From: the human T2T-CHM13v2.0 reference genome, Homo sapiens
Direction: 5' to 3' (one strand)
Assembly: GCF_009914755.1 (NCBI RefSeq)
Contig: NC_060926.1
Length of the DNA: 64,000 bases
Part shown: in pieces, positions 41,316 to 54,325 of the stretch
Position numbering within the stretch: position 1 is the first letter of the stretch
Layout of the letters: each line of letters begins with the position of its first letter
The notes under the pieces: model-generated
Databases searched by the model: none
What the model saw: the letters and a program-made list of their open reading frames with translations, nothing else
Told to the model about the DNA's origin: nothing
Translations under genes and position numbers: made by a program

Positions 41316-43749
41316 ACAACTACAAGCCAATATCCCTGATGAAGATAGATGAAAAAAATTCTCAGAAAATGCTAGCAAACTCAATCTGAGTGCACACTAA
41401 AAGGACTACAGACGGTGAGCAGGTGGGATTGATCTTTGAGATGCAAAAATTGTTAACCATATGAAAATCAATTACTGAGCTACATCACATTAATTAAAGG
41501 ATAAAAATTACACAATCATCTCAACAGATGCAGAAAAGTAAAAATTCAATACTCTTTCATGATAAAAACTCTCAACAAACTAGAAATGGAAGAAAATTAT
41601 CTCAACATAATAAAGGCTATATATAAAAATCCCACAGCTAACCTCATCCTCAGTAGTGAAAAATGCAAGTTTTTCCTCAAAGATCAGAAGCAAGGCAATA
41701 GTATTCACTCTCATCACTTCAATTCAAGATAATATGAAAGTTTTACCAGATAATTAAGCAATAAATAAATAAAGGTATCCAAATCAGAATGAAGTAAAAT
41801 TGTTCCTGTTTGCAGAAAACGTGATCCCACAGACAGAAACACCTAAACACTCTGTTAGAACTAAGAAACCAAGTCAATAAAGTTGCAGGATACAAAATCA
41901 ACACACAAAAATCGGTATACACTAACAACAAAATATCTGAGTAGAAAATTAGGAAAATATTTTATTTACAAAAGCATCATAAAAATGAAATACTTACATA
42001 AAAACATAACTTCAGGAGGTAAAAGACTTGTCTACTGAAAACTATAAAACATTGATGAAGGAAACTCAGCAGGACAGAAATAAGTGGAAAATTTCTGTGT
42101 TTGTGATTAGAAAACTTAATATTGTCAAAATTTCCATACTACTGAAAGTGATTTACAGAGTTAATGCAATCCCTATCAAAATCCCAATAGCATTTTTTTC
42201 AAAAATAGAAAAAAAAACACAAACAGTAAAAACGATCTTGATAAAGAACAAAGTAGAAGACATCATACTTCCTGGTTTTAGAATCTACTACAAAGCTACA
42301 CTAATCACAACAGTATGGTGTTGACATAAAAACAGACATATGCAGAAATCAAACTGGATAGAGAGCTTAGAAATAAATGTGCACATATATGGTCAACAGA
42401 CCTTTGACAAGAGTACCAAGAGCATACAATGGGAAAAGGTCAGTCTCTTCAACAAATGGTCTTGGAAAAAAATGAGTATCTACGTGCAAATAAACAAAAT
42501 TAGACCCTTATCTTACACCATACACAGAAGTAAACTCAAAATGGTTTAAATACTTAAATGTGAGACCTAAAACTGTAAAACTCCATTTGTTTAACATATG
42601 TAAATGTTTTCAAGGAGAAAACTTAGGGAAAGGCTTCATGACAATGGTCTTAAATATTATTAAATGGATATAACACAACTAAAAAGATAAATACATGGGA
42701 CAGCTTCAAATTAAAAAGCTTCTGCACAACAAAATAAATCACCAATAGAGTGAAAAGTCAGCTTATGAAAAGGGAGAATATGTTTGCAAACCATGCATTT
42801 GGTAATAGGTTATTCTCAAAAATATTTATGTAACTCCTACAATTCAATAATTTTTTAAATCTAATAACCTGATATAAAAATTGGCTAAGGGTATAAATAG
42901 ACATATCTCTAATAAGATATGCAAACAACCAACAAGTATATGAAAAAGTGCTCAACATCACTAATGATCAGGGAAATGCAAATCAAAACCACAACCAGAT
43001 ATCACCCTATACCTATCTGGATGGGTAACAAGTGTCAGTAAGCACATGGAGAAAAGAGAACCCTTGCACACTATTGGTAGGAATGCAAAATGGTGAAAAT
43101 GGTGCAGCCACTATGGAAACCAGTATGGACATTCCTCAAAAAACTAAAAATAGGACTATTATATGACTCAGCAATTCTATTTCTCAGTATTCATCCAAAA
43201 GAATTGAAATCAGGATCTCAAAAAGATATTAGCACTTCTATATTCATTATAATACTATTCACAAAAGCTGAGATGTAGAAGCTACTGAAATGTCAATTGA
43301 CAGATGAATGGATAAAGAAATATGGTAAATACATGCAATCGAATACTAGTCAGTCTTAAAAGAAGGAAATTCTGCAGTATGTGACAACGTGGATAAACTT
43401 TGAGGAGATGATGTTAAGTGAAATAAGACAGTCACAGCAAGACAAACGCTATGGTTCCACTGAAATGGGCTATCTAAAACAGTCAATTTCATAGATGCAA
43501 AGAGAGAAATGGTGGCTGTCAGGGACTGGAGAATGGAGAAAATGAAGGGGAAAATGGAGAGTAAAAAATCAACAGGCACAAGGATTCAGTCAAGCAAACT
43601 GAGTCTCCCCTTGAGGTCTGCTATAAAACAGTGTACCTGTAGTGAACAATAATCGGCTGTACACTTAAAAAATTGTCAAGTGGGTATATTTCATGTTAAG
43701 TGTTCTTATCATAAAAAAGTGAAAACTTTTAAAAAGTATACAAAGATCA

Positions 43750-45827
43750 TCTAAATTATGTATGAGTGAGACTCAAGACACAATTCATTCTGAGGCAAAA
43801 ATCCTCTCCAGCTGTGAACCTGGGAAACCAGCAAGTGATGTGCTTCCAAAATACAATGATGGGAAGGCACAGGATAGAAAAGCTCATTCCAAAAGGGAGA
43901 AATAGGAAAGGAAAAACTGGTGCTGAGTCTTAAGCAAGCCCAGAACCTGCAAGGCAAACTTCATCAGCCCGCAAGGCTCAGAACAATCCTCTTTGGCTCT
44001 GCTCTCTGGGCCCCTTGGAGGCATCACCCCATCACCCTAGATGGTGGACTCACCCCCTTGTATCTGTGAGGGCCCCACCCCATGGCTCTGCAGGGGACCT
44101 CCCCCTAGGGAAATGACATTCTGGTTGTGGAAGCTGAGGAGGAAACAGCCTTACCCCCACACCCATGATGGGAGGGGCACCCCGATGATCTCTGAATTGT
44201 CTTTGAGGTCATTCTCTTTTCTTGAAGGATAAGGCTTGACTGAAGCTAAAGAGTTCTACTGTCTCATCCCAGAAGTCAGACAGCCTTCTTTCATCCTATC
44301 CCACCTTCTCTGTTCTCTTTAACTCAAACGAACAGTGTTTCTGCTAGCACAACCCCATCTCTGTTCCTGGATTCTGCTGAGATGGCTGACTAAACCCATG
44401 AGTAATCTTGATACAGAGTGACTGTCCAGCCACACTCATTGTTCTCTTCAGAACATGTTTTCTCATTTTTTGTAATATGGATAGGCTGAGAATTTCCCAA
44501 ATCTTTAAGTTTTAGGGTTTTTTTTTCTTTTAACTTTTGCTTTAGGTTCAGGGGTACATGTACAGGTTTGTTACACAGGTAAACTCGTGACACAGGGGTT
44601 TAATTTACAGATTATTTCATCATGCAGACACGAAACATAGTATCCAACAAGCATTTTTTCTCATCCTCTCCCTCCTCCCACCCTCCACCGTCAAGTAGAC
44701 CCCCAGTGTCTGTTGTCCCCCTCTTTGGGTCCATGTGTTCTTGTTATTTAGCTCCCACTTTTAAGTGAGAACATGTGGTATTTGGTTCTCTGTTCCTGTG
44801 TTAGTTTTGCTAAGGATAATGGCCTCCAGCTCCATCCAGGTCCCTGCAAAGGACATGATCTCATTCTTTTTCATGGCTGCATAGTATCCCATGGTGTATA
44901 TAGACCACACTTTCTTTATCCAGTCTATGTTTCTTTTTTGCTCAACAATTCCTTCAATGTATCTCTCTCCTCTCACATTTAACAATAAGCAGTAAAAACT
45001 CAGGCCATACCTTCAACGTTTTGATTGGAAATCTCCTCTGCTAAATATCCAAGGTTGTAACTCCCAATTTCTTCCTTCCACGAGACACTAGAGCACAATC
45101 CAGCCAAGTTCTCTGGCACTTTATAATAAGGATAGCCTTTGTCCAATAACCTGTTCTGTATTTCCTTCTGAGACCTTACCAGAAGCTCCTTTCACATTCA
45201 TGTTTGTGTCAACATCCTGTTTATATTTCTATATCCTCTAAGACAACAGAACATTTCTCTACAGCTCTACTGACTCCTTTCAAAGGCTTCCCTGGAATTA
45301 CCTTTAACATCCATACTTCTACCAACAGTCCCTTAGGGCAATCTAGGTTTCTTCCAGCTGCAAGTGAAACTCTTCCAGCCTATATGCAGTTCCAAGGCCA
45401 CCTGTACATTTTTAGGTGTTTGCTAGAGTAGCACTCCACTTGCAGTACCAAAATCTGTACTCGTCTTCCAGTCTGCTTGTAACAAAACACCATAGACTGG
45501 GTAACTTACACAGCAGAAATTAATTTTCTCACAGTTCTGCAGGCTGGAAGTCTGAGATCAAGGTGTCAGCTGGTTGGCGACGAGGCCTCTTTTCCTGACT
45601 TGCAGATGGTTCTTCTGTGTCCTCACGTGGCCTTTCCTCCCTGAACACACGCTTCTGGCATCTCCTCCTCTTCTTGTGAGGACAAGAGTCCTATGGGATC
45701 AGGGCCCACCCTTATGGCCTCACTTAACCTTAGTCACCTCCTTAAAAGACCTTCCTTCAAATACAGTCACACTGGGATTATGACTTCAACATATGAAGTT
45801 GGGGGAAATACAATTCAGCCCATAACA
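43750..45827 (-). mobile_element. MaLR (MLT1A/B-type) element: 5' LTR 45456-45827 plus internal sequence
   Basis: Minus strand starts tgttatgggctgaattgtatttcccc. LTR/internal junction gcagtaccaaaatc|tgtac. Internal cattccaaaagggagaaatagg. Confidence 0.8.
44515..44935 (-). mobile_element. Older L1PA (L1PA13-16-like) 3' end nested in MaLR internal sequence
   Basis: T-rich tail then ttcaggggtacatgtacaggtttgttac...cctcccaccctccacc...gtgagaacatgtggtatttgg. Confidence 0.88.
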
Positions 45828-45841
45828 GTGTTCAACTAAAA

Positions 45842-46063
45842 GTGTGTGTGTGTCTGTGTGTCTGTGTGTGTATGTGTGTGCCTTGTGTGCATGCATGTGT
45901 GTATGCATGTGAGTGCATGTCTGTATCTGCATCTGCATGTGTGTATGTCTGCGTCTGCATCTGTGAGCATGTGTGTCTGCGTGTGTGCGCATGTATGTAC
46001 ATGTGTGCATGTGTGTGCGCACGTGTGTGCGTGTGCATGTGTCCATGCATGTGAGTGTGTGTG
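45842..46063. repeat. Degenerate (TG)n/(TGCA) alternating purine-pyrimidine repeat
   Basis: Direct reading. Confidence 0.93.
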
Positions 46064-49000
46064 TTTTATGAATAGGGGATGGTGTAGAACTGTCAGGTCA
46101 GAGCCAAGAGATGGGCACTGAGGCTGACAGCACAGAGGCACGCAGGGCTGTGACAGTATCAGCCTCGGTGGAGAGCGGGGGCCAGAAGCCCTAAGGAGTT
46201 GGACTGAGAAAAGAACATAAGGAAGTAGAAATAGTGAGGATAGAACAGGAAACTTGACCCCTCAAGTCCTTCCAGCTCAACCTGAAAACTGCTTCTCCCC
46301 TCACACCTCCCTTGGCCAACACCACATGCTTAGAGGCAGGCTTCAGCAGACTCTGAAGAAACTGGGATGGAGGAGTTCTGGCCTCTGAAACACAGAGTGG
46401 ACGGCTAGTGTGAGGCTCGGGCGGGAAAAGACAGGAACGGGTCAAACTGCACACTGAATAGCCTTCTGTCCTGCAACCCCCGCGGGCTCCTCCCAAAGCT
46501 AACCAGAAGTGGAGGCTCCACTCCATCAGCCAAGGGCAGGAGGGGTCCATCTTGGACAAATCAGATGTTCTCAAGTGTCCCCCAAGACCACCAACTCACC
46601 AGCAGACCCACCTCCAGTAAAGTCAATCCATCCACAGCACAGCCTAGTAGGGCGCCGTGCAGGAAGGGAACGCGCCCCGAGAGCTCCGCTGCTCACAAGG
46701 GAACAGATGTCACCAGGAGGCAGGGGCAGCCACAGGCACTTGACAATGTCTTCACTTAACCGCGTATCGCTGCATCGCTAGGGCGAAGAGAGCAAGGAGG
46801 ACTGTGAAGAGCGAAGCCTGAGCTGCCATGTGGTGAGTCCGGAGATCATAGCTCATTGATAAGGGCTAATTACAACAGCATATTATTAGGAACATAAAGA
46901 TAAATACAAAGAAAAAAGCCTAAAAGAGTTGCAAGTGGTTGATTGTGAGGCATGGCACCAGAGGCTGGGACACGTGGCACAGGGCATGGGAATCCCCTGG
47001 CACGGGCGGAGGCTGCTTTAGGAATCCTGAAAATCAGCACCTCTCCTTCCGCAGGAGCTCCAGAACCAACGGGGAGCCAGGCAGACACGCAGCAGGCTGG
47101 GGGAGAGGATGGGGAAGCAGCAGCGATGGGCCTCTGAGGCTGAGCCCCAGACCCAAACACGAGCCAGCCCCCAGGCCTCCCCTCACCGGCCCCTGCAGGA
47201 CTTACGGCACGGGGATACCAACCAGAATGCGTGCTTCCTGTAGGAGACTGGCTCCCAGGGGGGAAAAGGAGGGCAGGGTGGAGGCACGTCGACTCCAGCC
47301 TCATCTCAACTCATCATTAAGATAATCTATCGTCCCCTCGGAGAGGAGCAGACCAGCATGGCCCAAGCCCGGGAAAGGCCCCAGATACCCCCACAGGTAG
47401 TGCCAGGAGTGGAGAAGTACTGTTTCCCCCAACACATACAGCTTACTTTCTAAACTATGTGTCTGTGTTTCTTTGCTTAAAATAAATATTGGCTTAAAAA
47501 TGACTGAAAGCAGGAAGCGGTTCAGCCCGCCTGCTTGCCCTGCTGCTCCGCCTCTGGCCTCTGAGCAGCTGGGGAGACACAAGGAGAAGAGCCTGGGATT
47601 CACCTGCAAGAAGCACATGCAGTGGCACCCGAGGGGTGGGGCTGGGGCGCCATTGAGTCCAAGCACCATCAGGCACGCCATGGCCCTGGCCCAGACCCCA
47701 CCTCCAGGGAGACCAATCTTGTGCCACTCGTGGTTGTTCAACTCTTTTCTGAATGGTTCTGAGACTTAGCATGCCAGGTAGTGGGGAAGATTCAGACTTT
47801 GAAATCAATGAGTTTCTGTCCCTAACACGCAAAATCAGGGGACAAACCTACGTCATGGGGACCTGGTGATCAATGGGAAGATGTAAAATAGTACCTGGCC
47901 CACGGTGGCCTGTGCGGGGGCATATACAGCTCTGAACCCTCTCCCTACTCTCACATTCACAGAGACAGACATCCACAGCACCGAAAACTGAGATTGATGA
48001 GCAATTAATGCGAAAACCTTGGAGGAATCTCCACTAATTAAAAAGCAAATGGAGTTGTAAAAGAAAAAAAAAATTCCCTACCCAGACCCCAGGCTTCAGA
48101 TTATTACAGACTCAGGTTATTGCATGGCACAGAGGCAGCCTGATAATGCAGATGACATCTTCTGTAAAATAGGAAGCGCAGCGTGCCTCCCAGGCCACAC
48201 ACCAGGAGACGCCCAGCACACGCGCCGCGTTGTCCTCTGTCCCTGCTCCCATACACTGCAGCTCCCATACACTGAGCCTCGATGGGACCCTGCAGACACG
48301 CAGATGGGTCTGGTCTGATGCCTCTGGTCCTGGGGCAGCTCCCGGGCCTGGAGAGGCTCCCCTGGAATGCTCAGATTTCAAGCAGATTTCAGCTGCATAT
48401 TAAATATAACCTTCTAAAAATAAAGATGGCCACCCGTGAAGATGCTGCCTCACAACTAACTAGTCCCTTCTCAAAAACATCGCAGGATGAATCCTGAGTT
48501 GGCTGAGAGAGAGGCAAAGATGTCCCGAGGTTGGTCTCCATGAGGAGACTCCATACTCTGTGTCTGCAGATCAGGAATCTCCTCTTGTCATAACATCCCA
48601 CATCTGGGGTTGTCTTTTTCCTCAATAAGGCCTACATTTTATCCCTGGAGGCCACCTCCGGCATGGGTAACATTCACCTGAGCTCTTGGTCCAGCCACCA
48701 GTAACACTTCTGGGCTCTCTTGTGCCTGAGAGGTGAGCAGAACAGGCCCAAGCACCCAGACCTTCCCACAGGTCCCCGGCACCCAGCCCCAAGGGGAGAG
48801 CGGAACCGGGTCTGCCCCATTCTGAGAATGAGGTGGGTGAGACTGGCTCACAGGGTGAAGTGTGAGGTGTCTCCACGTATCCATGGTTGCTGTCGGGTCA
48901 GAGAAGAAGCATTTTCCTGCGGAGCCCAGATGAGTAGAACTAGGAATGGAGGTGGAAAGTGCAACAACCCAATTTGGGAGTCAACAAAAGTAGCCTTTGA

Positions 49001-50474
49001 GCACATGAAGGCCATTCAGTCACAGGAGAGTCACCATGAGGGACGCTGAGCTCCCAGTGGTGATTTATGAGCCTTGAGTGACCATAGCGAGGGGGGACCG
49101 GCCAGCAGGATGGAGCCCGGACCTCAGAGTCACCACTCTGGGGCCCTCCAATCCCCATTTCGATTATTCTTTCCCCTCTCATTCCAATCCCTTCTTGTAA
49201 CAAAGATTGCTCCATGAGGAGTACATGTAATGCTCTTTGAACAGACCATCTGCACATTTTAATAAGTTCTCAGTGGAACATTTACTGATGGACCCCTAAA
49301 TGAATTAGGCGGGGCAGAAGTCCTTAGAAGTCCTGGGTTTCCTAACATTGTATGGAGCCCTTACTCTTTTCTCAGGGTGAGATCGATGATGGGGCCTGCC
49401 CTGTAGTTTCAACAAGGCCCCTCAGTAAATCTGACCTGAATTCAAACCAGTGGTGCAGGAGGACCCCCTTAAAGCACATAAAAGTGCTCCCTGACGGCGA
49501 GTCACCCGCCAGTCAGAAGCCCCAGATTTCAATGCCACCTCCCATCTCCTATTAACCAGCTGTGCACCATTCACCAAGTCACTTTGCCCCTCTGTTTGTT
49601 TCCTCTTCTGCAACATCAGGCAGACCAGAGGGAGACAGGATGCAGGGTATTTCAGGAGCTCCCATGTGACCATGATGGGCTTGTATCAAGCGCTGGCCTG
49701 GAATCAGGGCTGCTGTTCCTCCTCTCCTTCCAGCGCTGCTGCCTACAGACAGCCGCGCCCACGCTTCTCCTGTGGAGATTGCCACATCCTGGCCCCCTTT
49801 CCCCGGTTGCCATGGAAAGATGAGAGCGGAAAGACAAGCTCAGCACGCAGGCGGATTCACGGCTCAGTCCCTGCAGAGAACTCCAGAGTCCCTGGGATGA
49901 ACCTGTCAGTGCTGCAGGCTCTGCGGCTCATTAGCAGAGAGAGCAGCAGGCAGGGCTTCCTACAACTTCTCAGCACATGCCTGGCCCTCCCTCCTCACTC
50001 GGAGGTCTCCTGGATACCCTGGGTGGGCTTGCAATCATCACATGTTCCGTTTTTCTATGTAAGCCTCCCTGCAGAAGATCCCAGGCTATGGTTGACATGA
50101 GACACCGCTAGACAAGCTGGGTCAGCTCTGGAGAGTGACACAAGGGGACCTCTCCAATCCCTTAGGTACCAGCCAAGGAGAAGAAAGGGAACTGACCTCT
50201 ATCTGGGCTTCATATATGCCAGGCACGGTCCCAAATACTTTGCACATGTGATCTCATCAAACCCAAGCAACAGTCCTGAGAATGAGCGTGGCATTATCCC
50301 CACTTTGTGGATAAACAAATTAAGGTCTGATAACCAAGAAACAGGCCTGTGGTCAGACAGCTAGGAATATTCCTAGCCCAACTCCATTTGTTTAGAAATG
50401 CAATTCCAAGATTGCACTCTTACCCCAAGTTCCAGCTTTCAATGTTGAAGTACTGCCTCTCCAAACCTTTAGTA

Positions 50475-50895
50475 CGTAGTGGGCTGGACTATGGTCCCCA
50501 ATTAGCACACCCTACCCCCTGGAAACTGTGAAAAAGGTCTCTGCAGAAGAGACAAGGAAAGATTATTGTGGATTATCTGAGTGGGCCCTAAATCTCATCA
50601 GGAGTATCCTTAGAAAAGAGGGCAGAGAGAGACTCGACACCCAGGGAAGGCCATGTGGCCACAGAGGAGAGATTAGGTCATGTGGCACCAAGGACACCAG
50701 GAGCCCCCAGAAGCTAGAAGAGGCAGGAAGGTCTCTTTCCTAGAGCCTTCCGGGAGAGCACAGCTCAGCAGGTTCTTTGGATTTTGCCCCCTGAAACTGA
50801 TTTTGGACTTTCAGCCTCCATTACTGTAAAGAACAAATTTTGACTATTTTAAGCCATCAAGTCTGTGGACATCTGTTATGGCATCCATAGGACAT
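50475..50895 (+). mobile_element. MLT1C/D-like LTR
   Basis: gattatctgagtgggccctaaat...ccagaagctagaagaggcaggaagg...ctagagccttc...ttttaagccatcaagtctgtgg. Confidence 0.78.
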
Positions 50896-51774
50896 GGAGC
50901 CCAGGATGAGGGCTCTGAGAAGTAGTGTGGGGCATCCATGGGTGCTTGTCACCACTCCCCAAATTATGCTCATCCTCTATGCATTCTAACAACACCCTAA
51001 GCAAATGGCACCCATGTTTCTCCAGGTTAGTATTGTTCTTCTGAGCTCCAGATGCAAACATCCCAAGGCCAACCTTCTATTCCCATGAAGACATGTCAGG
51101 AAGCTCACACGTTATACAAAGAGGAGTCCTTCACTTCCCCCACACCTCAAAAACCACACGACTGCTTTGGGTTTCTCCATTTATCAAGTGGTGGGAGCCA
51201 TTCTTAATTCCTCCACTCCCCTCACGCCCAGCAGGGCTTCCAGGAACAGGTTATGATGATCCCCCTCTTCTCCCCACTGTGGTCCAGCCACGATCATCTC
51301 TGAATGGGTCATGGCAGCATCCTAATAACACCCCCAGCACCATTTCTGGCTGCAGCATTCACACAGCAGCAGGAAGGATCATCCCAAAGCAGATCTGAGT
51401 ATGCCACTCCTGTCACTCAAAATAATACCCACATTCTTTACCAGGGACAGAGACCCTGCCTGGTCCTGCCTGAGCCAGTCTCCCATGCCCCATGACCAGT
51501 ACCTGCTCCCTGGTCTCAAAGTCCTCAGGCTCTTCAGGGCTCCAGGCTTGCTCCATTTCTCCCTCAACTGAGATGCTTTTTCCCAGATCTCCAAGTCCGG
51601 CCCCTTCTCAGCAGCCCAGGTCTCTGCCTGCACAGAGGTTTTCCCCGTATGTGCCACTCCAGAGGCCTGTTCACCCCGCCACCACTCCCCAAACCCACCC
51701 TTGTTTTTTCATTTTTGTTAACAATGGCCTCAATCAGTTAGTATGCACTATTCATTTATTTACACTAACCCCCA

Positions 51775-52087
51775 TGCCTGGCTTGAATTTGCCCCCCAAA
51801 AGTTCTTGTGTTATAAATTCAATCCCAATGCAACTTTGTTGGGAGGTGACTGGGTTGTGAGGTCAGGTTAGTTATTATGACAGTGGGTTGTTACAAAGTG
51901 AGTCTGGCACCTGGTGCTCTTCTTAGTCCCTGCCCTTCCACCTTCCACCTTCCACCATGGGATGACCCAGATGCCAGTGCCATGCCCTTGGACTTCCCAG
52001 CCTCTTCAACTGCAAGAAGTAAATGTATCTTCTTCATCAACTGCCTAGTTTGTGGTATTATGTTTTAGCAGAAAATAGATTAAGACG
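51775..52087 (+). mobile_element. MST (MSTC/D-like) LTR inside an L2 remnant (~51000-52205)
   Basis: ccagatgccagtgccatgcccttggacttcccagcctc...ctagtttgtggtattatgttttagcagaaaatagattaagac. L2 3' end resumes with ccactagaatg...tgtttgttaaatgaat. Confidence 0.75.
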
Positions 52088-53014
52088 TCCCACTAGAATG
52101 CAAAACCCAGGCATGCTTGCTGTTCTCACGGCCGTTGTCTTAGCAATGCTGGATACATCACCCAGCACTCAGTAGGAACCCAATGCATGTTTGTTAAATG
52201 AATAACTGTCAGACAAACTGTAAATTGGACAGGACAGGTATTATTATGATACCTATCGTTAAATAAGGGAGCCAAAGCCCAGAGTAGTTAAGTGCCTTGT
52301 CTGACATCACGTAGCTCATAAATAGAAGAACAGAAAAGGTGAAGTGAGGTATTAGATACGAGGGAGTTGCACATGGTAAGGTGCCACGAGAGATAGGATG
52401 ATTGTAGATCTTCTCTTGATAGCCAGCCAAAATCAGGAACAGGAAGATACAGAAGACAGTGACAGGGAGCAGTCAGGCGAGGAAAGAAAAGCTCTAATTT
52501 GGCGATGGAAAATCCGCTGGGCAAAGCCTCACAGTCAGCAGTCTGGGAGGACACAGAGCTGAGGCAGGGTCAGGCAAGAGTCACAAGAATAAGAGAAGGC
52601 TGAGAAGGCCGGTGGCTAATGAGAGGAGTGGGGAGACCTGAGGGTGGAGCCAGCGGCACAGGTTTCGGCCAGTCTGAGTGCTGGAGAGCAGGCTGAGGGT
52701 CGAAAGGACTCAGCAGGCTGCCGCCAACCCCCCAGTGATGTGAGCAGAGCACGGGGAGGAGCCCAGAGGGAGGGGGGACTCCGGCATCACCTCCCACACA
52801 GACTGTGCATTAGGAATTCTGTGAGATAACTGTGGCCAGATGATCCCAGGGCACATGGCTCTCGGAGGTCAGACAATCCTGCTGCCTTGTGTTATAGATC
52901 ACAGCACCCAGCTTTGCAACCCCAACTCCTTGCACAACATGGCAAATATTATTTTTCTCAATAAAAGATTTCTGGATGAATGATGATGAGGCCCATCAAG
53001 GTGAGTCAGTGCTC

Positions 53015-53540
53015 TAATTATCCATTGCTGAATAACAAACCACCCTGAAAAAAGCAGAGAGAAACAACCACCAATGTATTAAGCTTGTGGATCCCATAGG
53101 TCAAGGATTTGGACTGGGTACAACAGTGGTTGTCAGCCTCTATTCCTCAATGTCCAAAACTCTCAAAAGAACTCAGATGGCCAGAACCTGGAATTTTCTG
53201 GTGTTTCTTGACTCCTATCTAGTGGCTGAGCCAAGATGACTCAAGAGTGAGGTTCCATGAGCCTGTTGACCATGTCTGTTCATGTTGCCTTTCTCTGTTC
53301 CCAGCCTTCTCCCAACACAGCAGCTGAGTCCAAGGTGAGAAGGTTCCTCAAGTGGAATGTGACCATACCCAGAGCCTGAGCACAGGACACAGCCCTTTAC
53401 GACCCAGCTCAGAAAGTCACCTGGTATCACCTACCCATCCTCTGTTGGTTGAAGTGGCCATTGGCCCACTGGATGCAAGTCAAGCGGCCACAGATCCCCA
53501 CCCCTGGAAGAACCCACGGCCAACAGTTTTAAACTGCCAT
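53015..53540 (-). mobile_element. Old MLT1 (F/G/H-like) LTR
   Basis: attgctgaataacaaaccaccctgaa...ggtcaaggatttgga...ctcagaaagtcac. Confidence 0.6.
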
Positions 53541-53567
53541 TGTCAGGAACTCGAGGTTCCCGATGCC

Positions 53568-54000
53568 TGTCTTAGTCTGTTTTCTGCTGTATAATGGAAT
53601 ATCTGACACCAGGTAGTTTGTAAAGAAAAGGAAGTTATTTCTTACAGTGCTGGAAGCTGGAAATCCAACGTCCAGGGGCCACATCTGGTGAGGCCCTTCC
53701 TGCAGGTGGGGACTTTCTACAGAGTCCCGAGGGGGCACAGGGCTTCATATGGTCAGGGGGCTCATGAGAGAGAGGCGACCTGGCTTTTACTAACAACCCA
53801 TTCTCGTGATAAGTAACCCCACCCCTCTCTAACCCATCAATCCAGTAATCCGGTAATCAATGGATGGGTTAATCCATTCATGAGAGCAGAATCCTCATGA
53901 CCTCATCACCTCCCAAAGATCCCGCCTCCCAACACTGCTCATATTGGGGACCAAATTTCCAACACAAATGAACTTTTGGGGACACATTCAAACTATAGAA
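53568..54000 (-). mobile_element. MSTD-like LTR, approximate TSD atgcc/atggc
   Basis: tgtcttagtctgttttctgctg...aatccattcatgagagcagaatcctcatgacc...ggggacacattcaaactatag. Confidence 0.82.
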
Positions 54001-54006
54001 ATGGCC

Positions 54007-54325
54007 GTATTCACCATCTCCGTTTGCCATACCCAATGACCACAGACTAGGGGGCTTAAAGAATCAGAACTTACTTGCTCGCAGTTTCAGAGGCTGGAAG
54101 TTGGCATCAAGTATCAGCAGAGTTGATTCCTTCTGAGGCCTCTCTCCTCACCTTCCAGATGCCATCTTCTCAGGGATCCTCAGGTGGTCGTCCCTCTGTG
54201 TGGCTGTGTCCTAATCTCCTCTTATGAGGATACCAGTCACACTGGGTCAAGGGCCACCCTAATAACCTCATTTTACCTTAATCACCTCTTTAAAATCCCT
54301 AGATCCACACAATTCAGCCTGATGA
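54007..54325 (-). mobile_element. MLT1B-like LTR fragment
   Basis: ccacagactagggggcttaaa...gtgtcctaatctcc...gggccaccctaataacctcattttaccttaatcacctctttaaa. Confidence 0.78.
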
